A stretch of 63,537 nucleotides of DNA, filler included, from Octopus bimaculoides (taxonomy: Eukaryota): assembly GCF_001194135.2 (NCBI RefSeq). It is 7 parts of 5 records of this genome, joined end to end, with 100 filler letters (N's around TTAATTAATTAA, not from the genome) between each part and the next. Parts side by side here need not be neighbours in the genome. Positions count along the whole stretch, not along the records: positions 48,703 to 61,771 come from NC_068982.1; positions 61,872 to 63,537 come from NW_026390227.1; 5 more parts are not named here. The stretch is one strand, 5' to 3'. The position numbers and the translations under genes were made by a program. Below are positions 51,701-63,537 of this stretch, one piece after another. The notes beneath the pieces were generated by a model. It made no database searches. It was not told the origin of the DNA and saw only the letters and a program-made list of their open reading frames with translations. How positions within the stretch are numbered: position 1 is the stretch's first letter; the number at the start of each line of letters is the position of its first letter.

Positions 51701-54620
51701 TACAGTAATGTAAATACTGCAGAGTTTTAAAAGTGCTGCCAGAACTAACTCAGAAATGAGATAAATTTACATACACATATAAGTTTGTGTGTGCAAGCTT
51801 GTTTCCTAGTTAACATTGCATGAAGGCTGTATGTGAGGTTCATTGTCATGCAAGCGATGTCAATTGTTTCCAGTCTTGCATGGAAACATAACCAGCCAGG
51901 GATAAATTTTATATTTGGAAACAGCCAAATGTTAATGACAGGATAGGCATCTGCTGTAGAAAATCTGTCTCAATGAATTTCATCTGATCCATGCGAACAT
52001 GGAGAAGCAGACATCAAAACAGAAAAGATGGTGAAGAATTCATGCAACATTAAGCTTCTAGACAGCAGCTACAAGGGTTAGCCCCACAAAACTTCCATTG
52101 AAACCATGACAAAGTCGAAAAATGAGAAAGATTCTACAATAAACCAGTACAGATGGTCATATTACATGCTGACAACAGAATAAATAAAAAAAAAAAAACA
52201 TGTAGCACTATATATATATATATATATACCAGTAACAATTAGAATATAACCAGTAGATTACTAGTATGTGCNNNNNNNNNNNNNNNNNNNNNNNNNNNNN
52301 NNNNNNNNNNNNNNNNNNNNNNNNNNNNNNNNNNNNNNNNNNNNNNNNNNNNNNNNNNNNNNNNNNNNNNNNNNNNNNNNNNNNNNNNNNNNNNNNNNNN
52401 NNNNNNNNNNNNNNNNNNNNNNNNNNNNNNNNNNNNNNNNNNNNNNNNNNNNNNNNNNNNNNNNNNNNNNNNNNNNNNNNNNNNNNNNNNNNNNNNNNNN
52501 NNNNNNNNNNNNNNNNNNNNNNNNNNNNNNNNNNNNNNNNNNNNNNNNNNNNNNNNNNNNNNNNNNNTCTTCTATTCTAAAATATTTACTAGACCCTCTG
52601 CAGGAAGAATAAATGAAAATAGGGGATATTCATTTGCAAAAGAAAAAGAAAAGAAAAGAAAAAAAAAAACTATAGGTTAAATAAGATAATGAATCGTGGA
52701 TCACATAATGATGTTAGATAAATTCATTCTTTTATTTGTTTCAGTCATTTGATTGTGGCCATGCTGGAGCACCACCTTAGTTGAGAAAATCAACCCCAGG
52801 ACTTATTCTATCGGTCTCATTTGCTGAAGTGCTAAGTTACGGGGACGTAAACACGCCAGCATTGGTTGTCAAGCAATGGCCGGAGGGGGGTGGGGAACAG
52901 ACACACAAACATATGCACATATATGACTGGCTTCTTTTCAGTTTCTGTCTACCAAATCCACTCACAACACTTTGGACGGCCCGAGGCTATAGTAGAAGAC
53001 ACTTGCCTAAGGTGTCGTGCATTGGAACTGAACTCGGAACCATGTAGTTGGTAAGCAAGCTACTTACCACACAGCTACTCCTAAGTATCTAATATCATGA
53101 TGAACTGAATTTTTAAGTTTACAAAGAAAAATTACCCAATATAAAAGCTATAATAATAAACTGTGAGTACAGAGCAGTTACAATAAAATCCACAAGAAAA
53201 TGATCAATACATGGTAATACTACCATGTGGTGACAAGCATGTAGCACTGAGTAGTCACCAGTAACAACTAGAATATATCCAGTAGATTACTAGTAAGTGC
53301 ATTTAATATCCCTAAACTATACGACATAACAAAATATTTGTATGCTCTCAAGGTCAGAGTTTCTCTCAATATGCTATATGACCAACACAAACTTGACTTA
53401 AATTCGAATCTTTTTTCTCTCAGCATTTTGAAAATATAGAAAGAAAATAATTTCAATTTTACACTAGAAGACATTTTAAGCAATGGTAGTGAGAATCAAA
53501 GAAACTGAAAATAAAGAAACTTATGTACACAGATGAAAGTGTTTGATACAATATTGTAAATATCCCAGAGCTTTAAGAAATGATGCCAGGACCCACATAG
53601 AAATGAGATTAGGCAGAAACAGATTTTAAAAAGTACTCCTCTCTGAATATCTAAATAAAATTATGTCTGAGGAGACAAACATACTAGATATATGGAAGGT
53701 ATAGTACTCCAATAGAATATCATATGAAACCATTAAAGAAATATGCATTCATTATCTCAGAACATTCGGCCAAAATATGAAAATATATGTATGGTTTAAA
53801 GATAAGGAATCTATGTGTGAACTCCAAAATATTCTACTAAAATGTCCTCGAAAACAAATGATTTTTTTTACAATTATATGGCTAAAAATGAACCTCCTAG
53901 TATTTAAAAAGAATGCTCTCATGTGTTTTTCTTTTAGAAACAGCAATATTTTAGAGATTTTAATGTCAAACAAATCTTTTTTAATAAACAACACAAATAT
54001 GAAATCAACAGTAATTTCTTCAAACTAAAGGGATATGATAATACCAAAAATATTTACCAGACTGTCAGTATAAAGAAATGAAAATAAAGGAATATTCATT
54101 TAGAAAAAATAAAATTTACAGGCTAATTAAAATGTGAGCTACCACAAAAAATGCATTCCATGGATAATACATTCATTTTTGAAAGATTGATTCACTGAAT
54201 ATCTAACATGGTTTTACACATCCTATGTATTGTAATAAACTGAATTTTTAAATTCACATAAATCAACATCATTATTTAAGTCCATTTTCATGCTGGCATT
54301 GGCTGGACATGGCAACTCTATCTGCTTTGACATGGTTTGTATGGTTGGATGCCCTTCCTAACACCAAAAATAAAATAATGCAACAAAAGTGATGGAGGTG
54401 TTACAATAAATTCTACAAAGCAATGATCAATAGTAGTCAGTACATGGTCATATTACCATGCATTGATAAACTGTAGCACATTGAATAGTCACCAGTAACA
54501 ACTAGAATATAACCAGTAGATTACTAGCATGTGCATTTACTATCCCTAAACATTACGGCATAACAAATAAGAAAATATGTATGCTGTCAAAGTTAGGGGA
54601 TTTTTCCAAATATTTGTTGG
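48703..54620. repeat. Degenerate long-period / higher-order tandem array in the eIF3j intron
   Basis: A ~130-bp core (aacatgtagcac..ccagtaacaa.tag....a.ccagtaga.tactagcatgtgcatttactatccct..aaagttaggg) recurs at about 48711, 49431, 50039, 50566, 50982, 51459, 52197, 53236 and 54468, together with other shared modules. Confidence 0.9.
52731..53081 (-). mobile_element. SINE family B, full length, inserted in one array unit; heavy CpG decay
   Basis: Same modules as 19356-19720, with many CG replaced by TG/CA. Confidence 0.85.
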
Positions 54621-54671
54621 CTAGACAATAATAATAATAATAATAAAAAAAAAAAAAANNNNNNNNNNAAA

Positions 54672-55140
54672 ACAGCTGAATTTTGTTACCTGGATGACCT
54701 GAGCATAAGTGAATACCAGAAAAAGATGGGGGGAAAAAAGCTCAGGAAGTTACTGCAACTACTAACAAGGATTTTAATTTTAGAGTGAAGGGAAAACTGT
54801 ATGTTTGTGTACAAAGTACACAAGCACAGTTGCGAAACACAAGTATTGGATGGTGAGGATATATGAAGGCTGGAGAGAAAAGGGGGATTTAAGAGGAACG
54901 GGATATAGTGTGCAACAGAGGCTTCATTGGAAGACATACAGCACATATAGATAACAGCTTGGGAAAAGTGCCAAGATATCCAAGAGGAAAGTAGCTGTGG
55001 AAGATAAAAACTGAGGAAATATGGGTAGAAATGGAGGAAACTGATTTGATCTTGAAGAATGAACTCCCTAAAAAAAAAAAAACAAACAAGATGGAAAAGG
55101 TTTGTTCAATTCATGCAAGCATGGAAAATGGACATAATGA
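54672..55140 (+). mobile_element. RTE-clade LINE relic (RT C-terminal region to 3' end)
   Basis: FCYLDDL..KKLRKLLQLLTR..RVKGKLYVCVQS resembles the RTE motif FCYLGD..KFRELLPLL..LRVKGRLY.ACVRS. It ends with catgcaagcatggaaaatggac. Confidence 0.65.
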
Positions 55141-55439
55141 TTTCTAATAAGAAACAATGCAAACAAAGGATTCAGCAAGCAGGTAGAAGTACACCAGGAC
55201 TCAAGTTCTCAGCAAAACTCTATTTATTTTCCTACTCAAAACCATAATAGAGGAATCTAATACTGTTTGTTAAAGTGAACTGATGTATTGATTCTCATAA
55301 CTGAATTTTTTGAAGATAGAAGAAATTCCTAACACAGAAACAAAGCTTAGAAGTCAAAAGGCCTTTAATTCAACCTAGCAAATCAAAAGTAGCAACTCCT
55401 TTGCTACTTGGGAAACAACTATGCTTGGTAAGCTTCCTA

Positions 55440-55760
55440 TATGTACTTAACAGCTTTGTAACTTAGGTACCATTATTAGCAATGGTGGGGAGTGCTCTGA
55501 AAGCATAATAGCAAAAATAAATGGTGGGTTGAAAGTTTAAGGAGCCACTGCTACTGTAGGCAACAAGATTCTTTGAGTAAAGGGTGGATTTTTGTGATAT
55601 TTGTTTACAAAGTGTAATGTTGCATGATAGCAAAATGTAGGTATGGAATGCAGATAAAATACAATGGTAACAAAGAAATGAGTTGAGTTGGATGTGTAAT
55701 GCTAGTGCTTAAGAAAGGCAGAGTCTATAACAAGAGAGAAAAACTCAGAATTAACAAAAC
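55440..55760 (+). mobile_element. RTE-clade LINE relic
   Basis: SFCNLGTIISNGGECSESIIAKI..VKG..C..C.QSVMLHDS..SWMCNAS follows the RTE consensus order. Confidence 0.7.
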
Positions 55761-55929
55761 AAAAGTAGTGTGCAACAGAGAATACTCCACTGATGCAGAC
55801 ATACAATGGTCATGAAGCATCAAGTTTTTACTATCCCTAAACAACGATGACATCAAACAAGAAAATCTATGTCAAAGTCAAAATCCATCAAACTCCAGTA
55901 TTTGTTGAGAAAGCAGTTGAAATACATAC

Positions 55930-56038
55930 CAAAAGCTTCTTTTGCTAATTTAAGGTCAGATTCTTCTTGAAGCTGCCTCCGCCGAAGTTTTTCAGCATTC
56001 GGATCTACTGGCGATTCAACTTGCTTACTTCTGGATTC
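55930..56038 (-). CDS. EIF3J: eIF3 subunit J internal exon (third of three seen)
   Basis: Acceptor ttttttttgtttaAG, donor GTATGT, 109 nt, phase 0-1. ESRSKQVESPVDPNAEKLRRRQLQEESDLKLAKEAFG matches the eIF3j signature A(D/E)KLR..KLQEESDL.LAKETFG. Confidence 0.93.
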
Positions 56039-57928
56039 CTTAAACAAAAAAAAGTTTTTTTTCAATCTAATAAGAAAGCTAAAATTTAAAAACTCAACTT
56101 CAACCCATGAAATCCTATCAGGAGCTTGTGTTAAGCTATAATATCCTTGCCACTAGGTAACAATACATAGGCCTTTTGACAGACAATTACAGTATCATGG
56201 AATTATATACTTCCTGATAAAGCTTTATATTTTAATTTATATATTTACCATAAAAAACTTTCTTGCACTGTCCAATTAAAAAGCTGCTTACAATCACTTG
56301 TTTTTAGTATTTTGGAGCCCCTTGTTCCCTGTTCATTAACAGAGACTACAAACTCTGAAGACAAATTTGAAGACTTTTCACTTTCAGTATATTCAAAATA
56401 TAAAGAGAAAATGTTTTACTGTTTGTAGATGATACAAAGATTAACAATTTTAGTTTTCAATAATAGTAATTATGAAATTACAAAAAGATGTAATGTGAAC
56501 CCAAACAAGAGTATGAAATGAAACAGATTTTTTAAAAAATACTTTTCTTTGCAGCATTTCCAATGGCAGGAAAATCAGCCAATATAAAGAAGGCTGATCA
56601 GAGTAATTGAGGGGAACAATTTCTAGTTGAGACTATACATAGCTTGTTTTTGACCATACCACCTGGTTAATGGTATAGTTAAAAATTAGTATTTTTATGC
56701 CCATTAATAGATATATATATATATATAGCAAAAACCTACAAACCTATCATGTTCTTAAGGTCAAAACTCACACTGTAAGAATATACAAGCATAACAAAGT
56801 TTAAGCCGAAGGATAAGATGCCTTTCTTGATACCAATCCTCACATTTTCAAGTAAAGTACTATTTCACTGGTCTTTCGCATATAGAACTACTGCTTATGA
56901 GGCATAAATACACACATATATTTTGGACTTCTGCAGCCTTTCCAGCAACCATATTTCATTCACAAGGCATTAGTCAACTTGATGCTATAGCAGAAAGTAC
57001 TTACCCAAGAAGCTACACAATCTACGAAGAAAAGTAGAAAACTATCCAGAAGGCAGAGTTTCAAAATGAATGTGCATATATAATATTGTTTTAACATCCA
57101 TTTATCCATGTTTACAAAGGCCAAACAAATTTCATGGACATTTTAAAACTGGATGATATTTCTGTTTCCAAGTAAGGTAATATTTCTCTCACACTCCTTC
57201 CATTACAAACAACACAGTGACTGGACGTATTGCTTACAACTGGCACACAGTGTCAAGACAGGGACATATATAATAGGCTTCTTTCTGTTTCTGTCAACAA
57301 AATCTAACTGCAAGGCTTTGGTTAGCTTGAGGCTATAGTAGATGTTGAGTATTGAGACTGAATCCAAAGCCACAGTTGTAAAGCAAGCTACCTAACAACA
57401 CAGCTATGTTTATAAAAGAGAGGATGACTAATATATTAATCTAATGGCACCTGCCACTCCTCACTCTAACCCACTAATTCTGATTTTCTCAGTTTCTTTC
57501 CCAGCTTGCAACTGGTCTTGCAATAACTTCATCCTTCCACTCATTTTCATTTTACTTATCAGGCCATTCATTTTATTTGCCCTTACACTACTCCATTAGC
57601 TTGGCAGCAAAATATGTGAATGATGCAAAATGTTACAGATGGATGATCAAAGAAAATTATATAATAGCATCTTAAATGGAATTTATTCCATATTCATTAC
57701 TGAAAATTGTATAGAAATGTTAATATTGAAACATTGGTAAGTCTTTTGGTCATCACCAATTTGTGTTATCACATGAAAAAGGTTAAAAATAGATTTTTTT
57801 AAAACTAAAATGTGCTCAACGAAATATAGAGAAGCAAGTAGGTTAAAAAATATATATTAAATTGAAATATTACAGATTTATACTCTTTGAAGAAAGACAC
57901 ACACACAAGCACACAGGGAGTAACTTAC

Positions 57929-58017
57929 TTCATCTTTCAATTTTTCTTGTTGAGCTTCTTTTTCAGCTATGATTTCAGCTATGGGTCGTTTTTTCTTTTT
58001 TTGAAAAGCTCTAACAC
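57929..58017 (-). CDS. EIF3J: eIF3 subunit J internal exon (second of three seen)
   Basis: (S)VRAFQKKKKRPIAEIIAEKEAQQEKLKDE matches the eIF3j KKK.IAEKI.EKE block. Donor GTAAGT at 57928, 89 nt, phase 1-0. The 5' boundary is inferred (GAG acceptor; alternative start 58008). Confidence 0.85.
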
Positions 58018-58915
58018 CTCAGAAGAAAAAGAAAAATACAGAGACAATTAGAGTGTAAGTGAAAAAACAAAACAAAAACGTACATTGAACTATGAGTGGA
58101 TTAATATTGAGGAAATATTACTCTGAGTCTTATCAATTCCGATAACAAATTCATGTTAATACAAGAACCTCTAACAGTTTAGTTTTATATTAATCCAAAA
58201 AAATGTTGGCTTCTGTTATCAAAACACCTGTAACCACCCAAAATTACCCTATTCATATTTTAATGCGAATTTCAATGAAAATCTTCTTAGTATATTCATC
58301 AAAATATGATTACACTATGTAAACAATTGTTTACGCTGTCCAACATTTTACATGATAGCTGATTGCTACAAATTTTTGGAAATTTTTTTTCTTCCATTTT
58401 GAAATGTTTTTGAAAGAAAACAGAAAAATCTATAAAAATATATGGCAAACATAAAAACCACATGTGTCATTGTGAATCACATATTTCTATTTCCAAAAGT
58501 GACAATTCAGTGAGACAAATTCAATAATTTGCATGTCTTCTATATAAAAATTTTTGTTGTATTCTCACTGAATGTTAGCTAATGTATGCTAATGTTTAAA
58601 CAAAACTATTTTATATTTTGTTGAATTTACCGGTATTTACCTGTAATTAGATTCACTCTGAGACAAAAATTATGAAATAGATTTGGTTAAGAACCTTTTG
58701 TTAAATTCTATTCCAAAAATCACATTAATATATTGATTGATAAAAAAGAGTTGTTTTATGAAATCCACGATTATTTTAGAATTTAATTGAAACACATAAG
58801 GGAACGAATAGGTTAATAAAAGTATATGAGCACTGATATCTACAAATATTGAAAATATACATACCTATAAATATTAAATTCATTATAAAAGTCTATAAGC
58901 AAGAAATCAACTTAC

Positions 58916-58976
58916 TAGTCGTCATTTCCTCAGGTTTTACATCTTTCTTTTCCTCTTCATCATCCTCCCAATTATC
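58916..58976 (-). CDS. EIF3J: eIF3 subunit J internal exon (first of three seen)
   Basis: Acceptor tctgttttcatAG, donor GTAAGT, 61 nt, phase 0-1. DNWEDDEEEKKDVKPEEMTT matches eIF3j DNWDDDDDEKKEE..VKPE. Confidence 0.9.
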
Positions 58977-60783
58977 CTATGAAAACAGATTTAAAAAAAA
59001 AAAAAAGAATATTCAAGGGACATTTAAAACAAAAGTATGTTCATTAAGAGCTGATCATAAAATTAAGATTTAATTAGATTTTCTTTTCGTTATGATACAA
59101 CTCTACTGAATACTGAGCTGACCTGCAGAAACAGTAGGACAACATAAATGTCTCCAAAAATCATTTCAAGTGAACTGATAATGCAGTAGAGCTAATGAGA
59201 CTGCATCTTCTATAAAAATATTTCTATTACACACAAACTGGTGCAGAGGACATTGAATTTTATTTTGACCAGGACCAACCATGCAAATCATTCAAATAGA
59301 AAGCATTTGGATAACAGGATTCATGACTGTTACAACTGCTTAAGACATTTGGGACCCTGAGAGAGAGGTTGTGGTAGTTTCGATCCGATGAAGATGGCCC
59401 TATGATCAAAGGCTTAAGAGCCACAACTATTGTCTTTCTGTATACTAGAGTCAACATTAATCATATATAATGTGTCTTTTTTTAAAGCAACAGGACATGA
59501 CTTGAAGGAAGGGGGTTTGATATTTCCATAAAGTCAAGCAAATATATAGTGACTTCTTCAGTGGCTCGAGGGACTCGCAACGCAGTATGTACATACTGAT
59601 ATTCTTATTAGTCAGCTCACGAGAGAACATCCTGGAATGCTATATCAGCAGCCTTCCATGTGTTTAGTAATCTAAGCACATAAAAAGAGATGATGTAGAC
59701 TTGATAACAACCTCTACGCCATGATACTTTTCTTCAGGTTCAATTTCTTTGTAGGCTTCTGCCTTGCCAGATCTGAAAGATACCGCTAAAGGTACAGAGG
59801 AGTGGTCTGACCAACTGAGATTAAGATACAACCTGTCTACATCAATTTAATCCAGTATATATCCACCTCTTGTAAATCATTCATTTTATACGTTTCGTCC
59901 ATCATATTTTATTTACTAACTGCAGTCTTTAGCAAGTCTTACTTTCTTAAATCTTAACAGATTATATCAAATATTTTTGCATTAAAAACATCTTTCTTAC
60001 AGGTAAATTGCTTCATAATTCCAAAACGGTTAATATACAAAATGTGAATATCATCATCATCTAGCGTCTAACTCTCACGTGATCTCAAAGCAAGGAGACT
60101 AACATGCACACACACAATGGGCTACTTTCAGTTTCCATCTACCAAATCCATTCACAAGGCTTGGCTTGGGAATCACATAGTGGGATTGAACACAGAACCA
60201 TGTGGTCAGGAAGCTAAATATATATTCTATTATAAATTTGAGTGATGTTTCTGTTACATTTTTATGTTTGTTAATTCCTCCTAGACTTTTGGTGCAAGGA
60301 CGAAACTCAAACCAGCAACTCCCCTAATCCCAGGGAATGTCCTAGGGGGTCTAGTTTTTATAGGGCTGCCTAATTGGGGCCCAACTACCCCCCCCCTATT
60401 TTTACTGCATTTTGAACTGAATACATGGCATTGGTGACCAAATCAGAGCAATGACAATGAATTTCATACTATGAACTCCAAGGAGTATTGTAAGGAGGTT
60501 CAGTTTTTGAAGGGCCGCTTAAATGGGGGCCCCACTGACCCCCCCCCCNNNNNNNNNNCCCCCCCCCTATTTTTACTGCATTTATCTTGCACCTACGTTT
60601 ATTGATTAAACTATGATCAGCATCAGTGCTTAGCATATTTGTAGAAATACATTTGGGCATTCTAAATACCTTCACATACATTCAAATCAAAATAAAGTGT
60701 TATAACAGGTAGGTTTCAAATGTGGTAGTGTGGATATTAATACTTTGCAGATTATGAAGCTTATGTCTAGTATATATATATAT

Positions 60784-60915
60784 ATCATCATCATCGTTTA
60801 ACGTCCGCTTTCCATGCTAGCATGGGTTGGACGATTTGACTGAGGACTGGTGCAACCGGATGGCTACACCAGGCTCCAATCTAATTTGGCAGAGTTTCTA
60901 CAGCTGGATGCCCTT
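60784..60915 (-). mobile_element. RTE-like LINE/SINE 3' end with (GAT)n tail
   Basis: The reverse complement ends cgtccaacccatgctagcatggaaagcggacgttaaac(gat)n. Related fragments occur at 36680, 54280, 55120 and inside the array units. Confidence 0.7.
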
Positions 60916-61725
60916 AAACTATTTCAGCTCTTATAAATCTAAACTTACTTCTTTTTGCATCATACAAATGATGATCAAAGGACATTGCAGTCATGACCAT
61001 CACAGCTATTAAAGTCATAGTATTAACCAGGACTGCTATTATCTGACAGTTGCCTTTTAAGATGGCAGGTTATGAGGAAAATTTTGCTATTTCTAGCAGA
61101 TAAAGCAACCACATAGGCTCTCTCATCGGTCACCCTGTAGAAATTAGCAAAAAAAGCAGTGTTACCAAAATAGTGAGATTTAGAGATGAGGAATTTAATT
61201 AGATAAATATCACTAACGTGATTATCCCATATGATGGGAACGAATGTGTAACTCATTTCAAGCTTGTTATACATACATGTAACGACTATCTCATGTAAAA
61301 AGAGTAAAATTATATTTTGTATTAGAGTCGTATGTATTCACATTCCGTACTTATTACAAAACCAAACACTTTAAAATTATGGAACAATTTCTTGTAACAA
61401 AGGTTATATTACGTTTTAAATATCTTACGAAAATACTTGATATAATCTATGAGATATAAAGAACCTAGACAGACGTACAAGCATGCTTGCAACTACCAAC
61501 GTTTGCAGATCATAAAAAAAAAAGACAACAAAACATGCGCAATATTCTGTGACTGTCACATTGAACCCATTGTGTACAGAGCAAATGATATATATACACA
61601 CACACAAAAGGAAGAATTAGCAAGTGCCGGTTAAAAACTAATCCATAAAATAAGTGGTATGACAGATGGTGACAACTTCCACCTTTTGAGGTTATGAACG
61701 AAATACCTGAAGATTTCACACACAC

Positions 61726-61771
<46 letters not shown>

Positions 61772-62724
61772 NNNNNNNNNNNNNNNNNNNNNNNNNNNNN
61801 NNNNNNNNNNNNNNNTTAATTAATTAANNNNNNNNNNNNNNNNNNNNNNNNNNNNNNNNNNNNNNNNNNNNCACAAACACATACACTCACACAGAGAAAC
61901 TTCACAACATAGATAAAACAAAAGCCATACCCGTATACATCTCTTTCCCAAATGCACACACGCATACACTTACACGGTGGTATAATATAAGTGGGCAACA
62001 GCAAATATCGTTTCCTACATTCTCAGTGTGTGAACATGAATACAATCTATAGTTACATCGAGCATCTTCAAGATAATTGGTGAAAGATTGGTTTGTAAGA
62101 AATATAGATCTGAAGAGATCGGCTTTTTAAAACTATACAGTATGGGGTTCGGACGTTGTTTTCCACCCCCAAAATTTACCCTAATTGGATCGCGCAGAAA
62201 GACGATCGCCTGCATCCCCTCCGTGATCATGTGTGTTGGTTTTCTTTATATCATTCAACCACGGTAGTGGTTGAATATATTCTTAAGTCCACCATTTCAC
62301 CAATCGCAGCAGCTTCGAAGCTTCACCACTAATTCAGTTCTCAATTAAATTGCAAACTGTTAATAGTTTTAAAGAGGACACCTCCTCAGCTAGACTTTAG
62401 CATAAATAGTTTGATATTTGGTTCAGTAGAAAAAATGTTATATCAAAATATGTCAGAACTCAAGTAAGCAGTAAGGCAGATATTCATCTTCAATTAACAT
62501 AATTTTTTTTAATTTGAAAGTAAAAGTACACTTTTCTTAGGCTTAAATGATAGACAAAATGCATGAGGAATTCAGAATCGTTAGTCATATTGAACAAAAT
62601 TTAGTAGAAAAACAGTTATGAGGTAAAATGTTACGAAATTTAATGTCAGTAAGTGAGGAAGTAAGAAGTAACGCCTAAGCAATAAGAATGAAGAAAATAT
62701 TTCTAAAATGAATGTTTACATTCT

Positions 62725-62864
62725 AAGGCGGCGAGCTGGCAGAAACGTTTGCACGCCGGGTGAAATGCTTAGCGGTATTTCGTCTACCGCTACGTTCTGA
62801 GTCCAAATTCCGCTGAGGTCGACTTTGCCTTCCATCCTTTCGGAGTCGATAAATTAAGTACCAG
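62725..62864 (+). mobile_element. tRNA-derived SINE family A, young CpG-intact copy
   Basis: aaggcggcgagctggcagaaacgtttgcacgccgggtgaaatgcttagcggtatttcg..gttctgagtccaaattccgctgaggtcgactttgcc..aagtaccag. Confidence 0.9.
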
Positions 62865-63274
62865 CGACGAAAGTATTTTGACAAATTAAATTTAAATGTT
62901 GAAGTGAATCTAACGGATTTTGTGTGTTATTTTAAATGGCTTATAAACACCTTCCGCGCTGCAATTGTTTTCGTTCCAGCACACGATCTCAGATCAGGTC
63001 ACTTGCTATGCAAGTACATCTCCGTAATATAAAATGGTTATTCATATATATTTACACGCAAAATAAAACTCACGCACATGTCTTTTGCTTGTTTCAGTCT
63101 TTGGACCGCAATTGTTACGATGCACCGCTTTGAAGGGTATTGTCAAACAAATCGATCCCAGTACTCATTTTTTAAAGACTGGTACTTATTCTATTATACT
63201 CTTTTGCTGAACACTTATGTTACGGGGATGTAAACGAATCAACCACTGGTGGAGCAAACATGAACACGATATAT

Positions 63275-63463
63275 AAGATAGAGAAATAATATTTTTTTAT
63301 TCTCAAACGCGTGATAATGCTAAAAAATAGCGTGATCAGGATAAATTATCCATACATTGCAGAAAAATACGTTCTGCAATGTATGGATAATTTATCCTGA
63401 TCACGCTATTTATTGGCATTATCACGCGTTTGAGAATAAAAAAAATATATATTTCTCTATCTT
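63275..63463. repeat. ~190-bp near-perfect palindrome (probable palindromic MITE)
   Basis: Arms 63275-63364 and 63372-63463 with a 7-nt loop. The inner 40 bp are perfect; further out there are 2 substitutions and small indels. Confidence 0.93.
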
Positions 63464-63537
63464 TCAATACATCTCAACGCTTCTAAAACAAATTTTGTTT
63501 ACTTTCATCGTATATATATATATATATATATATATAT

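Noticed and set aside
59480-59800. Higher-complexity segment with acceptor-like gtatctttcAG on the minus strand as the missing eIF3j exon
   Set aside because: No frame gives the expected WEGEDE..VK peptide, and all frames hit stops.

Overview
AT-rich, intron-dominated eukaryotic scaffold segment with many N-gaps, microsatellites, SINEs, LINE relics and DNA-transposon relics. The repeat landscape looks like an Octopus (coleoid cephalopod) genome; this is inferred, not verified. Two host genes are recognisable. (1) One 432-nt, phase 0-0 exon (37026-37457, +) of an ERG-subfamily K+ channel (KCNH2/6/7-like) encodes the proximal N-terminus and S1-S3. (2) Three consecutive internal exons of eIF3 subunit J lie on the - strand (58916-58976, 57929-58017, 55930-56038) and splice in frame. 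No other exon of either gene is visible, so eIF3j may lie antisense inside an ERG intron, or the two loci are joined across a gap of unknown size. Other notable items: a ~6-7 kb degenerate higher-order tandem array in the eIF3j intron, two ~190-235 bp foldback palindromes, hammerhead-ribozyme-like motifs of the Penelope type, a probable GAG splice acceptor, a candidate 45-nt ERG microexon, a CCAAT/CRE/ETS cluster, and a CpG-decay boundary at the 48.6 kb gap. Nearly all long ORFs in the supplied track are microsatellite or N-gap artefacts. No rRNA, tRNA gene or CRISPR array was found. Repeat boundaries were read by eye and are approximate.
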